From assembly GCA_963666345.1 (NCBI GenBank), contig OY762721.1, positions 832,001 to 896,000 on the forward strand: DNA of 64,000 bases, in the 5' to 3' direction. Shown piece by piece: positions 1 through 9,544 of this stretch. The notes beneath the pieces were generated by a model, which did not search any database, was not told where the DNA came from, and saw only the letters and a program-made list of their open reading frames with translations. The stretch is from Desulfatiglandales bacterium. GTDB lineage: Bacteria > Desulfobacterota > DSM-4660 > Desulfatiglandales > Desulfatiglandaceae. Every line of letters starts with the position of its first letter. Position 1 is the first letter of the stretch. The position numbers were made by a program, and so were the translations under genes.

Positions 1-117
1 ACAGTTCTGTGATAAAAAATTCGGCCCCAAATGGCAGGATGAAGACAAAGATTTCTGGGAAAAATTCAGATATTATATCTAGGGTTTTATAATCTTGAGT
101 AGCTGATTCGATTCGAA

Positions 118-190
118 TTCGTAAAGAGTCAAAAAGACGGCACGGCAAACAACTCTCCCGCAAAGGCGGGACAGTTGGGCTTTTTACGAA
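118..190. repeat. Short MITE/REP-like palindromic element
   Basis: Terminal IR TTCGTAAAGAGTC / GGCTTTTTACGAA (11/13) enclosing the hairpin CAACTcTCCCGC-aaag-GCGGGAcAGTTG. Confidence 0.55.
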
Positions 191-369
191 AACCTCAACA
201 TTAGGATCGGGCGGGTGTTGATCTGTCTTAAAGAATTTCAGGGCCTGCGGTGAATCGGGCGCCCGGGCCTTTACTGCAACCATTACCGCTTCCGCCATCG
301 CGATTCAACCAGAACAATCGCGTTAATCCTTCCGCAAATAAGCCGCGACATATCTCCATTCGGGTTAAA

Positions 370-420
370 ATACAATATATTGTATTTTTATTTGACACAA
401 AACACCACTGATAGTATAAA
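370..420 (+). promoter_or_regulatory. sigma70 promoter overlapped by two NrdR-box-like sites
   Basis: TTGACA(392-397)-17 nt-TATAAA(415-420); palindrome ATACAATATATTGTAT (370-385) and weaker ACACCACTGATAGTAT (402-417), 32 bp apart, resembling the NrdR consensus acaCwAtATaTwGtgt. Confidence 0.6.
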
Positions 421-599
421 TTTATCCATTTGATGCCTTCTGGAAATCAAGAATTTCGGTCTGGAACACTCAGGGTTAATCCGTCGTCCTAAGGACTTGT
501 TTCTTCATCTTTTTTTGACAATCTCTTGCCGAAAGCATGTATCCTGAAAAAGGCCTTTCCGGATGGAACATTAGTAAATATCGACATAAGGGCCGAAAA

Positions 600-1400
600 A
601 TGGGTAACGGCATTTATTATCCGGGAAGAAGACGATTCCTGAAACTTACCATGGCCGCTTTGGCAGGCGGGCTTTTAGGATTTGACTCCCTGGCCGAGGC
701 ACTTGCCCATGACCGCGCAAAAAAGAGACCTTATTCAAAGCCCTGTATAGCCGTTATAATAGATGACATAGGCTACAATCGCGCCTCCGCACTCCGTTTT
801 CTCGATCTTGGCATACCGATAACCTTCTCCATTCTGCCAAGGCTTCAATATTCCGAAGAACTCGCAGCCGAAATGATTTCTCAAGGCCACGAAATAATGC
901 TTCATCAGCCGATGGAACCTCGGAACCGCCACATGGACCCCGGGCCCGGAGCTCTCTATGTCGGCTATGAAAGGGAAAGGATAAGAGGGATACTTGAGGA
1001 AAACATCTCTTCACTTCCTGAAGCCATAGGCATGAACAACCATATGGGCTCAAGATTTACGGAATGCCCGGCTGAGATGAAGGAGGTTCTCGAAATCATA
1101 AAGGGAAACAGGCTTTTCTTTGTCGACAGCGTTACAACGGCAAGATCAATTGCGGAAAAGACCGCTGAAAATCTTGGACTGGATAGGGCACGAAGGAATA
1201 TATTTATCGACAATCAACCGGCGGTTTCAAACATACTGGCACAGCTGGAAAAATTAAAGAAATATGCACTTATACACGGAAGCGCCATCGCCATAGGTCA
1301 TCCGCATAAAAAAACCGCGGATGCACTCATGACCTTTCTGGAAAACCTGAAGGACCACAGGATCTGTTTCAGCTATGCGTCCAATCTGGTCAAGTCTTAA
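600..1400 (+). CDS. Divergent polysaccharide deacetylase family protein (YibQ/DUF610-like) with TAT signal
   Basis: IAVIIDDIG, LHQPMEP, NNHMGS, FFVDS and AIGHP motifs; RRRFLK twin-arginine leader; ATG 600 preferred over 537. Confidence 0.88.
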   Translation: MGNGIYYPGRRRFLKLTMAALAGGLLGFDSLAEALAHDRAKKRPYSKPCIAVIIDDIGYNRASALRFLDLGIPITFSILPRLQYSEELAAEMISQGHEIMLHQPMEPRNRHMDPGPGALYVGYERERIRGILEENISSLPEAIGMNNHMGSRFTECPAEMKEVLEIIKGNRLFFVDSVTTARSIAEKTAENLGLDRARRNIFIDNQPAVSNILAQLEKLKKYALIHGSAIAIGHPHKKTADALMTFLENLKDHRICFSYASNLVKS

Positions 1401-1414
1401 ACTTTAAGACATGG

Positions 1415-1867
1415 CTAAAGAAACCGCATCAGTTGTTGTTTCAGATCCTCCTTAGGAATGGCGCCTACCAGCCTTTCAACCTGAACCCCCTTGTTAAAAA
1501 CAAGCATTGTAGGAATGCCCTGTACCTGATATCTGGAAGCAGTCTTGGGATTCTCATCAACATTGAGTTTTGCGACCTTGAGCCTTCCGGAATATTCCTT
1601 CGCCAGATCCTCAAGAACCGGAGAGACCATCCTGCATGGTCCGCACCAGGGTGCCCAGAAATCCACAAGCACAAGCCCCGGAAAAGAAAGGACCTCGTCT
1701 GAAAAATTGTTATCGGAAATATTGACCGGGTAAGAGATCCGGGTCGAGGCCGCCAGAGGCGTCTTACATCTACCGCAAACAGGGCCTTCAGAAACTCTGT
1801 TTTCAGGTATCCTGTTTTTTGCCCCGCAGCCGGGACATGTTACGATCACATTCCCCTGATTCATCAT
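1415..1867 (-). CDS. trxC: Thioredoxin 2 (Zn-finger + WCGPC)
   Basis: N-terminal CxxC...CxxC, then DFWAPWCGPC. Confidence 0.92.
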   Translation of the reverse strand: MMNQGNVIVTCPGCGAKNRIPENRVSEGPVCGRCKTPLAASTRISYPVNISDNNFSDEVLSFPGLVLVDFWAPWCGPCRMVSPVLEDLAKEYSGRLKVAKLNVDENPKTASRYQVQGIPTMLVFNKGVQVERLVGAIPKEDLKQQLMRFL

Positions 1868-1903
1868 TCACCTCACAGAAAAATATGTTTTATAAACAAA
1901 GAG

Positions 1904-2590
1904 CTAACCGGACTCGACCATCCCCTTTTCCAGAAAATCACAAAAATAGAATCGATTGTCCCTCAATACTACCCTGCCGACTGACATATCAATACCTTTC
2001 TTAAATATCGGACCGTCATAGACAAAGGTGTGAAACTCTCCGTTTTCCCCGCATGGATCGACCGACTCAGGCAGCTTTTCAAGGAAATTCCGGTCATATT
2101 CTCTGCCTGCATAGTCTTTTCCAAGCACCGTTCCGTCCACGCAGGTAAGCACCGCCTTGAAACCCAGCTCTATAAACCTCAATGCCAGTGAATGAGTATC
2201 ACTTCCCCAGAGAGGGAAGATACCCTTCATCGAGGCCTTTTCGAGATTTTTCTCCCTGTAGTCCCTGATATCGGCCAGGTACAGATCACCGAAGACCACG
2301 CTCCTCACCCCCTCATCATACCATCTTTCAAGTGACTCCCTCATCCTGGTATCATAGTCTTCATCGCAGCACTCTTTTGGGATAAAGACCATCTCCAGGG
2401 GATAACCGAGCCGGGCCGCCTGCCTTTTGAGTAAATCCAGACGTACTCCATGCATGCTGATCCGCTCATAGTCTTCGGTAACCGTTGTAAGAAGACCGGC
2501 TACGGCATATCCGTCAGATTCCTTTATCTTGTGCAGTGCCAGCGCGCTGTCCTTTCCGCCGCTCCAGGCCACAAGTACCCTTTCAGTCAT
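1904..2590 (-). CDS. Diphthine-ammonia ligase / DUF71 PP-loop ATPase family
   Basis: WSGGKDS PP-loop, FGDLYL, DPCGENGEFHTFV. Confidence 0.9.
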   Translation of the reverse strand: MTERVLVAWSGGKDSALALHKIKESDGYAVAGLLTTVTEDYERISMHGVRLDLLKRQAARLGYPLEMVFIPKECCDEDYDTRMRESLERWYDEGVRSVVFGDLYLADIRDYREKNLEKASMKGIFPLWGSDTHSLALRFIELGFKAVLTCVDGTVLGKDYAGREYDRNFLEKLPESVDPCGENGEFHTFVYDGPIFKKGIDMSVGRVVLRDNRFYFCDFLEKGMVESG

Positions 2591-2976
2591 TTTACGCTCA
2601 GACCCCCGCTTTCCTTTTCCGGAGCTTGATTCGCCTTCCCGGTATGGAGAGGCAGAACCATGCTCGGACCCAACATGACCGCACTATTATCTTTGTTTCC
2701 CTCAGGTTTTTCCAGCCCTGTTTCAGTAGATAAAATCATTTTTTGAATTCCGCAATAAAAGGACGGCTTTTATCTTTACTGATAATATGCCGACTCCTGC
2801 AGACCGAGAAACCTTATTGGTGCAGAAGGTAATGGCTTTCATTTCATTATTGACATAATTTTATATATTGAATAAACAAAATATACAAAATACTAATATT
2901 TATAAAATATTTATCACTAACACAGATTTTATGAAAACTCATTATTCATTCTAAAACAACATCTGAGATATAAGAC

Positions 2977-3867
2977 ATGGAACAACAAAACGAATTAGAC
3001 AGGCTTATTGTCACCGTTCTTGCCGAAGACAGCGTCCAGTACGAATCGCCCTATCTTGGCCAGCATGGTGTCTCCTTTTTGGTTGAGGCGGAAGCTGCAG
3101 GTACTGTCCGGCGCATTCTTGTTGATGTGGCCCAGAACCATGATGCGCTGCTTACGAACATGAAATTGATGGGAATCGATCCCGCTGCCATCGACTCCAT
3201 TGTGCTGACACACTGCCACTATGATCACACCCGGGGTCTGGCCCATATAATCCGGGCAATCGGACGCCCGGACATCCCTGTGGTGGCTCATCCTTCGATC
3301 TTCCGACCCAACTTTATCACCTCTCCTTCTCTTCGCCATGTAGGAGTTATGCAGGGTGACGGAAAAGAAGCCATAGAAAAGGCCGGGGGTTTTCTCTGTC
3401 TCTCCGGGGACCCGCTTCAGATAATGCCCGGGCTTACCACATCAGGAGAAATCGAAAGAATGACCGCATTCGAGGAGGTCGGCATCAATCTCTTTACCAT
3501 TGATAAGGGTGCTGTGGTGCCTGATCCGATGCGCGATGATATTTCTCTTATCGCAGCCGTTAAAGATAAAGGCCTGGTAATTATAACGGGATGCAGTCAT
3601 GCGGGAATAATCAACATCGCGAAACAGGCCGTCAATATCGCCGGGGACAAGAAAATCCATGCAATCATAGGCGGTCTTCATCTGATCGAGGCCACAGGCG
3701 ATGCCCATGAGCGGATTAAAAAGACCGTGGATGCCCTCAGACAGATTGATCCGGACCGGATTTACGCGGGCCACTGCACCGGATTTCAGGCTCAAGTCGA
3801 GCTGTACAATACCTTTAACAAGCGCTTTTCCCCTTTGTGCACAGGAATGGCAATAGAAATTTCATGA
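2977..3867 (+). CDS. MBL-fold metallo-hydrolase (COG1237-like)
   Basis: QHGVS, THCHYDH, TGCSHAG, GGLHL and GHCTG motifs. Confidence 0.88.
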   Translation: MEQQNELDRLIVTVLAEDSVQYESPYLGQHGVSFLVEAEAAGTVRRILVDVAQNHDALLTNMKLMGIDPAAIDSIVLTHCHYDHTRGLAHIIRAIGRPDIPVVAHPSIFRPNFITSPSLRHVGVMQGDGKEAIEKAGGFLCLSGDPLQIMPGLTTSGEIERMTAFEEVGINLFTIDKGAVVPDPMRDDISLIAAVKDKGLVIITGCSHAGIINIAKQAVNIAGDKKIHAIIGGLHLIEATGDAHERIKKTVDALRQIDPDRIYAGHCTGFQAQVELYNTFNKRFSPLCTGMAIEIS

Positions 3868-3913
3868 CCGCATAAGCGGGAAAGCCCCTTTTTCAGGAAG
3901 GAGGACCTGTCAT

Positions 3914-5266
3914 ATGACCAAAGGCGCTAAACATTTGAGAAAAGAACTTGGGGTCCTTGACGTTACCGCAATAACGGCCGGGATCGTCATAGGCGCAGGG
4001 GTTTTTGTCGTCACGGGCATCGCGGCCAGGTATGCCGGTGCCCTTACATGGGTTTCCTACGCCATCGGAGCGGTTCCCGTCATTCTTGTGGGACTGAGCA
4101 CTGTTATGCTCAACCTCATGTACCCGGTTGAGGGGGGAGAAAGTTATGTCTATCCGACACGTATCGTCAACCGGTACGCCGGGTTCCTGTCGGGCTGGGC
4201 GATGTGGCTTGCCCTCATAGGTCCGGTGGCCATAACGGCCAAGGCCTTTATCATGTATGTCAACGCCCTGCCCGGGCTTGAGACCAAACTGAATGTGGCG
4301 GTAGGAGGCGTGCTCGTAACGGTCGTGTTTTTCTTTATCAACTGGATAGGGATCAGGACCGTCAAGATCATACAGAATGTCATGTTTCTGTTCATGGTCG
4401 CAGGCCTTATTGCCTTCATCATCCTGGGCCTGCCCCATCTCAATGCCGAATACATAAGCATGGGCTCACCCAAAGGATTTGCCGGCGTGTGGAAGGGAGC
4501 CTCCCTTCTCATCTTCGCCTATGCGGGCCTTACTCTTGCCGCCGACCTGGGTGAAGAGGCAAAGGATCCGGCCCGGACCATCTCCTGGGGCATCACGCTC
4601 GGCATCATCGTTCCCGCCCTTCTCTACATCGTATCCGCCTTCGTGTGCACCGGCGTCATCCCCTGGGACCAGTTCGCCGCATCGGACGCCCCCTATGCCG
4701 CAGTAGCCGGAAAATTCATGGGCACCGTCGGGGTGACATTCATCATTATAGTGGCATGGGCGGCTATTCTCTCCTCTCATAACGCGGAGCAGACAGTCGG
4801 GACACGGATCCTTTTCGGCACGGCCCGTGACAGACTGCTTCCCAGGGCGCTGAGCTCGATCAACAGGTTCGGAGTACCTGGAAACGCACTGATCCTGACT
4901 GCGGCGGTTACCATTTTTCTGATCATCTCAGGAACCATCCAGCTCGTTGCCGAAGTCGTGGTGGCGATGTTTCTATATAACTGGATTATCACTCATGTGG
5001 GGGTACTTATGGCCCACAGGAGCCAGCCGGAACTTTACGATAACGCGCCCATGAAACTGAACGGGTGGAAGGCGATATTCCCTGTTGCGGGAATCGTTAT
5101 ATCGTTGAGTCTGCTGATCGCCCAGGGACCCAGGGCGCTTATCTATTCGGCCGTCTGGATGGCCATAGGATCGATCTTCTACTTCGCCGGTTACCGGGTA
5201 AAGAAGGACGAAGTGGATGCGCTTATCAGTGAGTGGCCGAGGGACCGCTACCTGGATATCGAATAA
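3914..5266 (+). CDS. APC-family amino acid/polyamine permease
   Basis: IGAGVF, FAYAG, EEAKDP and RDRLLP motifs; about 12 TM helices. Confidence 0.9.
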   Translation: MTKGAKHLRKELGVLDVTAITAGIVIGAGVFVVTGIAARYAGALTWVSYAIGAVPVILVGLSTVMLNLMYPVEGGESYVYPTRIVNRYAGFLSGWAMWLALIGPVAITAKAFIMYVNALPGLETKLNVAVGGVLVTVVFFFINWIGIRTVKIIQNVMFLFMVAGLIAFIILGLPHLNAEYISMGSPKGFAGVWKGASLLIFAYAGLTLAADLGEEAKDPARTISWGITLGIIVPALLYIVSAFVCTGVIPWDQFAASDAPYAAVAGKFMGTVGVTFIIIVAWAAILSSHNAEQTVGTRILFGTARDRLLPRALSSINRFGVPGNALILTAAVTIFLIISGTIQLVAEVVVAMFLYNWIITHVGVLMAHRSQPELYDNAPMKLNGWKAIFPVAGIVISLSLLIAQGPRALIYSAVWMAIGSIFYFAGYRVKKDEVDALISEWPRDRYLDIE

Positions 5267-5271
5267 CAACA

Positions 5272-5308
5272 AGGGGCTCTCCGTCCGAAACATGGCCGGG
5301 GAGCCCCT
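5272..5308. terminator. Hairpin between convergent genes (probable bidirectional terminator)
   Basis: AGGGGCTCTCCG...CGGGGAGCCCCT inverted repeat. Confidence 0.55.
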
Positions 5309-5330
5309 GGATAAGATTTCCGCAATATCC

Positions 5331-6080
5331 TTATCCGTTTTCTCTCGGTCCGTTCAACCCCTTCCGTTCCCTCCCGTGTCTTTCGCCCCAGCCGTCGGTC
5401 ATCCTGTCTCTGATCTCCCACAGCTCCGGAAAAAACCTCTGCTTGAGCCCCTGTTCAAGGATCTTTACGGAGCGGCCCTTAAGTGAAACGGACCCAAGCC
5501 CTATGGTTCGGCCAACCAGTTGGTAATGGTGAAAACGGAACCGTTGAAATAGTTCGTCAAACTCGCAAAATGCCTCCGCCACCATATAAGAATCGGAAAA
5601 ATCGAAGCTGGAGTCATAAACCATCTCAAGGCTGAGCCCCCGCCGTTCAAGATAAAATCTTTCAAAGGACTGCCACAGAGGCCTTCCCATTGAAACAAGC
5701 TGCCTGAACCCGGGGGATTCCCTGCCGCTCCCGTTTCCCAGGTTGACTCTTATTTCCTGGTATCTCTTTGGGCTCATGGTCTCAAGTATTGAGAGGGTTG
5801 AAATCATAAGTCCCAGGATACTGTGAACCCTCGCAAAAAGCGACAGGACGAGATTTGTATTCGCCGAGCTGATCTGATCGTCTATTTCCATCAGCGTGTA
5901 GACAATCAGTTTCATCCAGAGCTCCTGCACCTGGTGCACTATCTGGAACTGGAGTTCATCTCCGTTTGCAAGTTCATCAAGTGCCTTCTGGCAGGATAGG
6001 AGTTCAAAGGTATTGAGATAGATCTCATAGCTTGTGGTTCCCCTTTTTTTTGGCGTGAGTTCGAAGGCATTCCTGTCCAT
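5331..6080 (-). CDS. Tryptophan 2,3-dioxygenase family heme protein
   Basis: YxxYL...LLSCQ, DELQFQIVHQVQELWMK, GSGRESPGF, FRFHH, FFPELWEIR. Confidence 0.85.
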   Translation of the reverse strand: MDRNAFELTPKKRGTTSYEIYLNTFELLSCQKALDELANGDELQFQIVHQVQELWMKLIVYTLMEIDDQISSANTNLVLSLFARVHSILGLMISTLSILETMSPKRYQEIRVNLGNGSGRESPGFRQLVSMGRPLWQSFERFYLERRGLSLEMVYDSSFDFSDSYMVAEAFCEFDELFQRFRFHHYQLVGRTIGLGSVSLKGRSVKILEQGLKQRFFPELWEIRDRMTDGWGERHGRERKGLNGPRENG

Positions 6081-6138
6081 AGTCTACCTCCCTGTTTGAA
6101 AAGGTTATGCTTGAAAAAAGGCAGGAAACAGCGGGAAG

Positions 6139-6957
6139 TCAGTTAATTTTTTCTCTCTTTTTCAGGTCGTATCGATCGCCATGTCGTAACAGGCGGTATC
6201 CATCGAGCTGAGCGTGCAGATCGGTAAAGCGCCCGCTTTGTCCTTTGATGAGTGGGCCGTCCAAAGCAGTGACATAACCGCTCCCGAAGACACTCATCTC
6301 ATTTCCCGTTACGCTTATAAAGGTGTCTTCGTCTATCCCGATCCCCAGAAGATCCGGGTACCTGTCAAAGACCCTGGGCATGTCGAATTGCCGCTCCAGC
6401 TTCAGCAGGTGCTGATCTATGGCCACATTCTTGATGAAGCCGAAACCTTCCTGATGGTCGCCGATCATGATTTTATTGTCATCAGGCCGTGAATTCGCCC
6501 GTATAAGCAGGGATCCTTGGATGGTGGCACCGGCTGAAATACCGGCAATAACACCGCCGCGCCCGAGAAGTCTTATCAGTTCTTCATGTGTCCTTGTGCC
6601 CAGATATGAATCAGCTAGACGCCACTGTCTTCCTCCGGAAATAAACACCGCACCTGCTTCCGTTAGAGGCATTATAAATTCCTCGGAATCGGCCTGCTTC
6701 CGGTCCCTTGTGTGAAGCACCGTCACATTTCCGAATCCAAAAAGCGCACGGGCATAATCCGGGTCAAGATGCCTTTTCTGCCTGCCCTCCAGCTGCTCAT
6801 CGCTCAACGCGGTAGGGATATATATGAGACCGCAATCGCAACCGCCTGCGATCCCTGTGAATACATCTCTGAACATGCCGTCTCTGCTGATCCTGCCGCC
6901 GCCATGGGCGATAAGGTAGCCTTTTGAAGGCCCTGTCGTAGGTTTTTGATCCATCAA
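6139..6957 (-). CDS. cphB: Cyanophycinase (peptidase S51)
   Basis: HGGG, YIPTA, FISGGRQWRL, GISAGA (catalytic Ser), IDQHL, GIGIDEDT. Confidence 0.85.
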   Translation of the reverse strand: MMDQKPTTGPSKGYLIAHGGGRISRDGMFRDVFTGIAGGCDCGLIYIPTALSDEQLEGRQKRHLDPDYARALFGFGNVTVLHTRDRKQADSEEFIMPLTEAGAVFISGGRQWRLADSYLGTRTHEELIRLLGRGGVIAGISAGATIQGSLLIRANSRPDDNKIMIGDHQEGFGFIKNVAIDQHLLKLERQFDMPRVFDRYPDLLGIGIDEDTFISVTGNEMSVFGSGYVTALDGPLIKGQSGRFTDLHAQLDGYRLLRHGDRYDLKKREKIN

Positions 6958-6995
6958 CTTATCTAACTCCGGTCAGTGAGCCCGCTTATATATTG

Positions 6996-9260
6996 TCAAG
7001 GCCCCTTTTTTCCCAAAAGTTCAGCAAAAGGATTGTGGAACGGCCTGTTTTCCCGGCCTCTTGCCGGTTTGGCCTTTTTCTCCGGCGCTTTTTTGGTAAC
7101 GGATCCGGTCCCCTGTTTTTCACGGCCTGAACCGGACTGCATGGAAAGGGCGATCCGACTGCGTTCAAGATCGATATCCAGCACCGTGACATTGACCCTC
7201 TGATGCACCTTTACCACCTTGGAGGGATCCTTGACAAAACGGTTTGCCATTTTACTTATATGCACTAGACCGTCCTGATGCACTCCTATATCCACAAAGG
7301 CGCCAAACGCGGTGATGTTTGTCACGATCCCCGGGACCTGCATCCCTACCCTGAGATCCGATATCTTTTCAATACCGCTTTCAAAGGCGAAGGCCTCGAA
7401 TTTGCGTCTCGGATCCCGCCCGGGTTTGGCAAGCTCGTTCATGATGTCCTTAAGGGTCGGAAGACCGATCTTATCGGACACATAGCGGGTAATATCGATT
7501 TTCCCGCGCAAATCGTCATCAGACATAAGCGCTTTGACATCGCACTTAAGATCCCGTGCCATCTCATACACGATCGGGTAGCTTTCCGGGTGCACCGCGC
7601 TTGCGTCAAGCGGATTGGCTCCGGCAGGTATTCTGAGAAAACCTGCGCACTGCTCAAAGGCCTTGCGGCCCAGCCGGGGAACCTCTTTGAGTTGATCACG
7701 CTCTTTAAAGGGCCCGTTTTCATCACGAAATGCGACGATGTTTCCGGCAAGCCTCGGTCCGAGGCCCGACACATAGGTCAGAAGCTGCACGCTGGCACGA
7801 TTGAGATCCACACCGACCATATTGACGCAGCTTATGACCACGTCATCCAGTGCCTGTTTCAGATCGTACTGATCCACATCGTGCTGGTACTGCCCCACCC
7901 CGATCGATTTGGGATCGATCTTGACCAGTTCGGACAAAGGGTCCATCAGACGCCGGCCTATTGAAACCGCACCCCGGATTGTCAGGTCCAGATCGGGGAA
8001 CTCTTCCCTGGCGGTTTCCGATGCGGAATAAACAGACGCGCCGCTTTCATTCACCAGAATCACCTTGATCCGTTCCGGCAGATCAAGGCCCCTTACCAGA
8101 GTCTCCGTCTCCCGGCCGGCCGTGCCGTTTCCTATGGCAATGGCTTCTATGTCGAAGCGGGCCACAAGATTTTTTATCTGCTCTTTTGCCTCCATATCCT
8201 TTTTTTCGGACATGTGGGGATATATGGTCTGATGATGCAGGAGTTTTCCCTGCCTGTCCAGGCAAACGACTTTACAGCCGGTCCTGAAGCCCGGATCAAT
8301 TCCCAGCACCCTTCTGGATCCCAGAGGCGGCTCAAGGAGAAGCTGGCGCAGGTTTTCCGCAAAGATGCGAATGGCTTCGGCATCGGCCCTCTGCTTGGTC
8401 AAGAGCCGCATCTCGGTTTCCATGGATCTTGAAAGCAGCCGCTTGTAGCAGTCGGCTATCGCAAGCCGCACCTGGGACCCGTTCTCATTATCGCCTTTGA
8501 CGAATATCGACTCAAGGAGTTCCACGGCATCCTGGGCGGAAGGGGCGACGGAAAGGCTCAGGATCTCTTCTTTTTCCCCCCTGCGCATGGCCAGGACCCT
8601 GTGCGACGGGGCGCTTATCGCTGGTTCCTGCCAGTCGAAATAATCTTTGTATTTGGCGCCGTCCGCCTCTTTTCCGCTCGAAACGCTGCTCTGAAACAGG
8701 GCCTTTTTTTCAAACAACCGCCTCATGGAGGCCCGGGCCCCCGGGTCTTCATTTATGGTCTCAGCTATGATATCGCGTGCTCCCGACAGGGCGTCTTCAA
8801 CCGTCTCGATCCCTTTTTCAGGATCGATGAATCCGGCCGCGGCCTCAAAGGGGTCGGCATCTCCCTGCTCCAGGATCATTTCCGCCAGTGGTTCAAGCCC
8901 CTTTTCACGGGCGATGGTTGCCTTTGTTCTTCTTTTGGGCTTAAAGGGAAGGTAGATATCTTCCAGGATCGACATGGTGCCGGCCGCCATTACCTGCCCT
9001 TTTAGTTCGTCTGTGAGATGACCGTTCAGTTCAAGCGATTTAAGTACGGCCTGCCTTCGGGCGTCAAGTTCCGCCACCTGGGCCAGTCGGTCGCGTATCG
9101 AGGTGACGACCACCTCATCCAGGCTGCCTGTGGCCTCTTTTCTGTAGCGCGCGATAAACGGTATGGTAGCGCCCTGCTCCAGCAGCCGGGCTGTTGCTTC
9201 CACCTGCGCGGTCTTACAACCAAGCTCCCCGCTTATAAGGGAAATATGATCTGAATTCAT
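6996..9260 (-). CDS. tex: Tex-family transcription accessory protein (S1 domain)
   Basis: TIPFIARYRKEATG, GIDPGFRTGCK, IGVGQYQHDV, C-terminal S1 domain. Confidence 0.96.
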   Translation of the reverse strand: MNSDHISLISGELGCKTAQVEATARLLEQGATIPFIARYRKEATGSLDEVVVTSIRDRLAQVAELDARRQAVLKSLELNGHLTDELKGQVMAAGTMSILEDIYLPFKPKRRTKATIAREKGLEPLAEMILEQGDADPFEAAAGFIDPEKGIETVEDALSGARDIIAETINEDPGARASMRRLFEKKALFQSSVSSGKEADGAKYKDYFDWQEPAISAPSHRVLAMRRGEKEEILSLSVAPSAQDAVELLESIFVKGDNENGSQVRLAIADCYKRLLSRSMETEMRLLTKQRADAEAIRIFAENLRQLLLEPPLGSRRVLGIDPGFRTGCKVVCLDRQGKLLHHQTIYPHMSEKKDMEAKEQIKNLVARFDIEAIAIGNGTAGRETETLVRGLDLPERIKVILVNESGASVYSASETAREEFPDLDLTIRGAVSIGRRLMDPLSELVKIDPKSIGVGQYQHDVDQYDLKQALDDVVISCVNMVGVDLNRASVQLLTYVSGLGPRLAGNIVAFRDENGPFKERDQLKEVPRLGRKAFEQCAGFLRIPAGANPLDASAVHPESYPIVYEMARDLKCDVKALMSDDDLRGKIDITRYVSDKIGLPTLKDIMNELAKPGRDPRRKFEAFAFESGIEKISDLRVGMQVPGIVTNITAFGAFVDIGVHQDGLVHISKMANRFVKDPSKVVKVHQRVNVTVLDIDLERSRIALSMQSGSGREKQGTGSVTKKAPEKKAKPARGRENRPFHNPFAELLGKKGP

Positions 9261-9544
9261 AGGATCCTCTGTATGTAATAAGATTGAGGGCTGACTGCGC
9301 AGCCTCCGGGTATTCGTCTGTTTTCAACTGTGATCTCTGGTGAATGATTCGGGATCTTCTCCCGATTAGTTGTTCGATTAGCATATCTTTATTTACACGG
9401 TGCGACAAATCAGGATCCTTGAACCCTTTTTTACACAACTGAATCGGAGAAAAACCATAATTCGGGACCTTGATGCAGTCCCAGGCAAGTTATGCGGTCG
9501 GATTTCAAGGCTGATTCCCTTTTTCAGCCCCTCTTATTTTTTCA

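Noticed and set aside
135..180. c-di-GMP-I riboswitch look-alike (GGCAAAC...GGGAC)
   Set aside because: No GCAAAG after GGAC and no P3 stem; better explained as the central hairpin of an IR-bounded repeat
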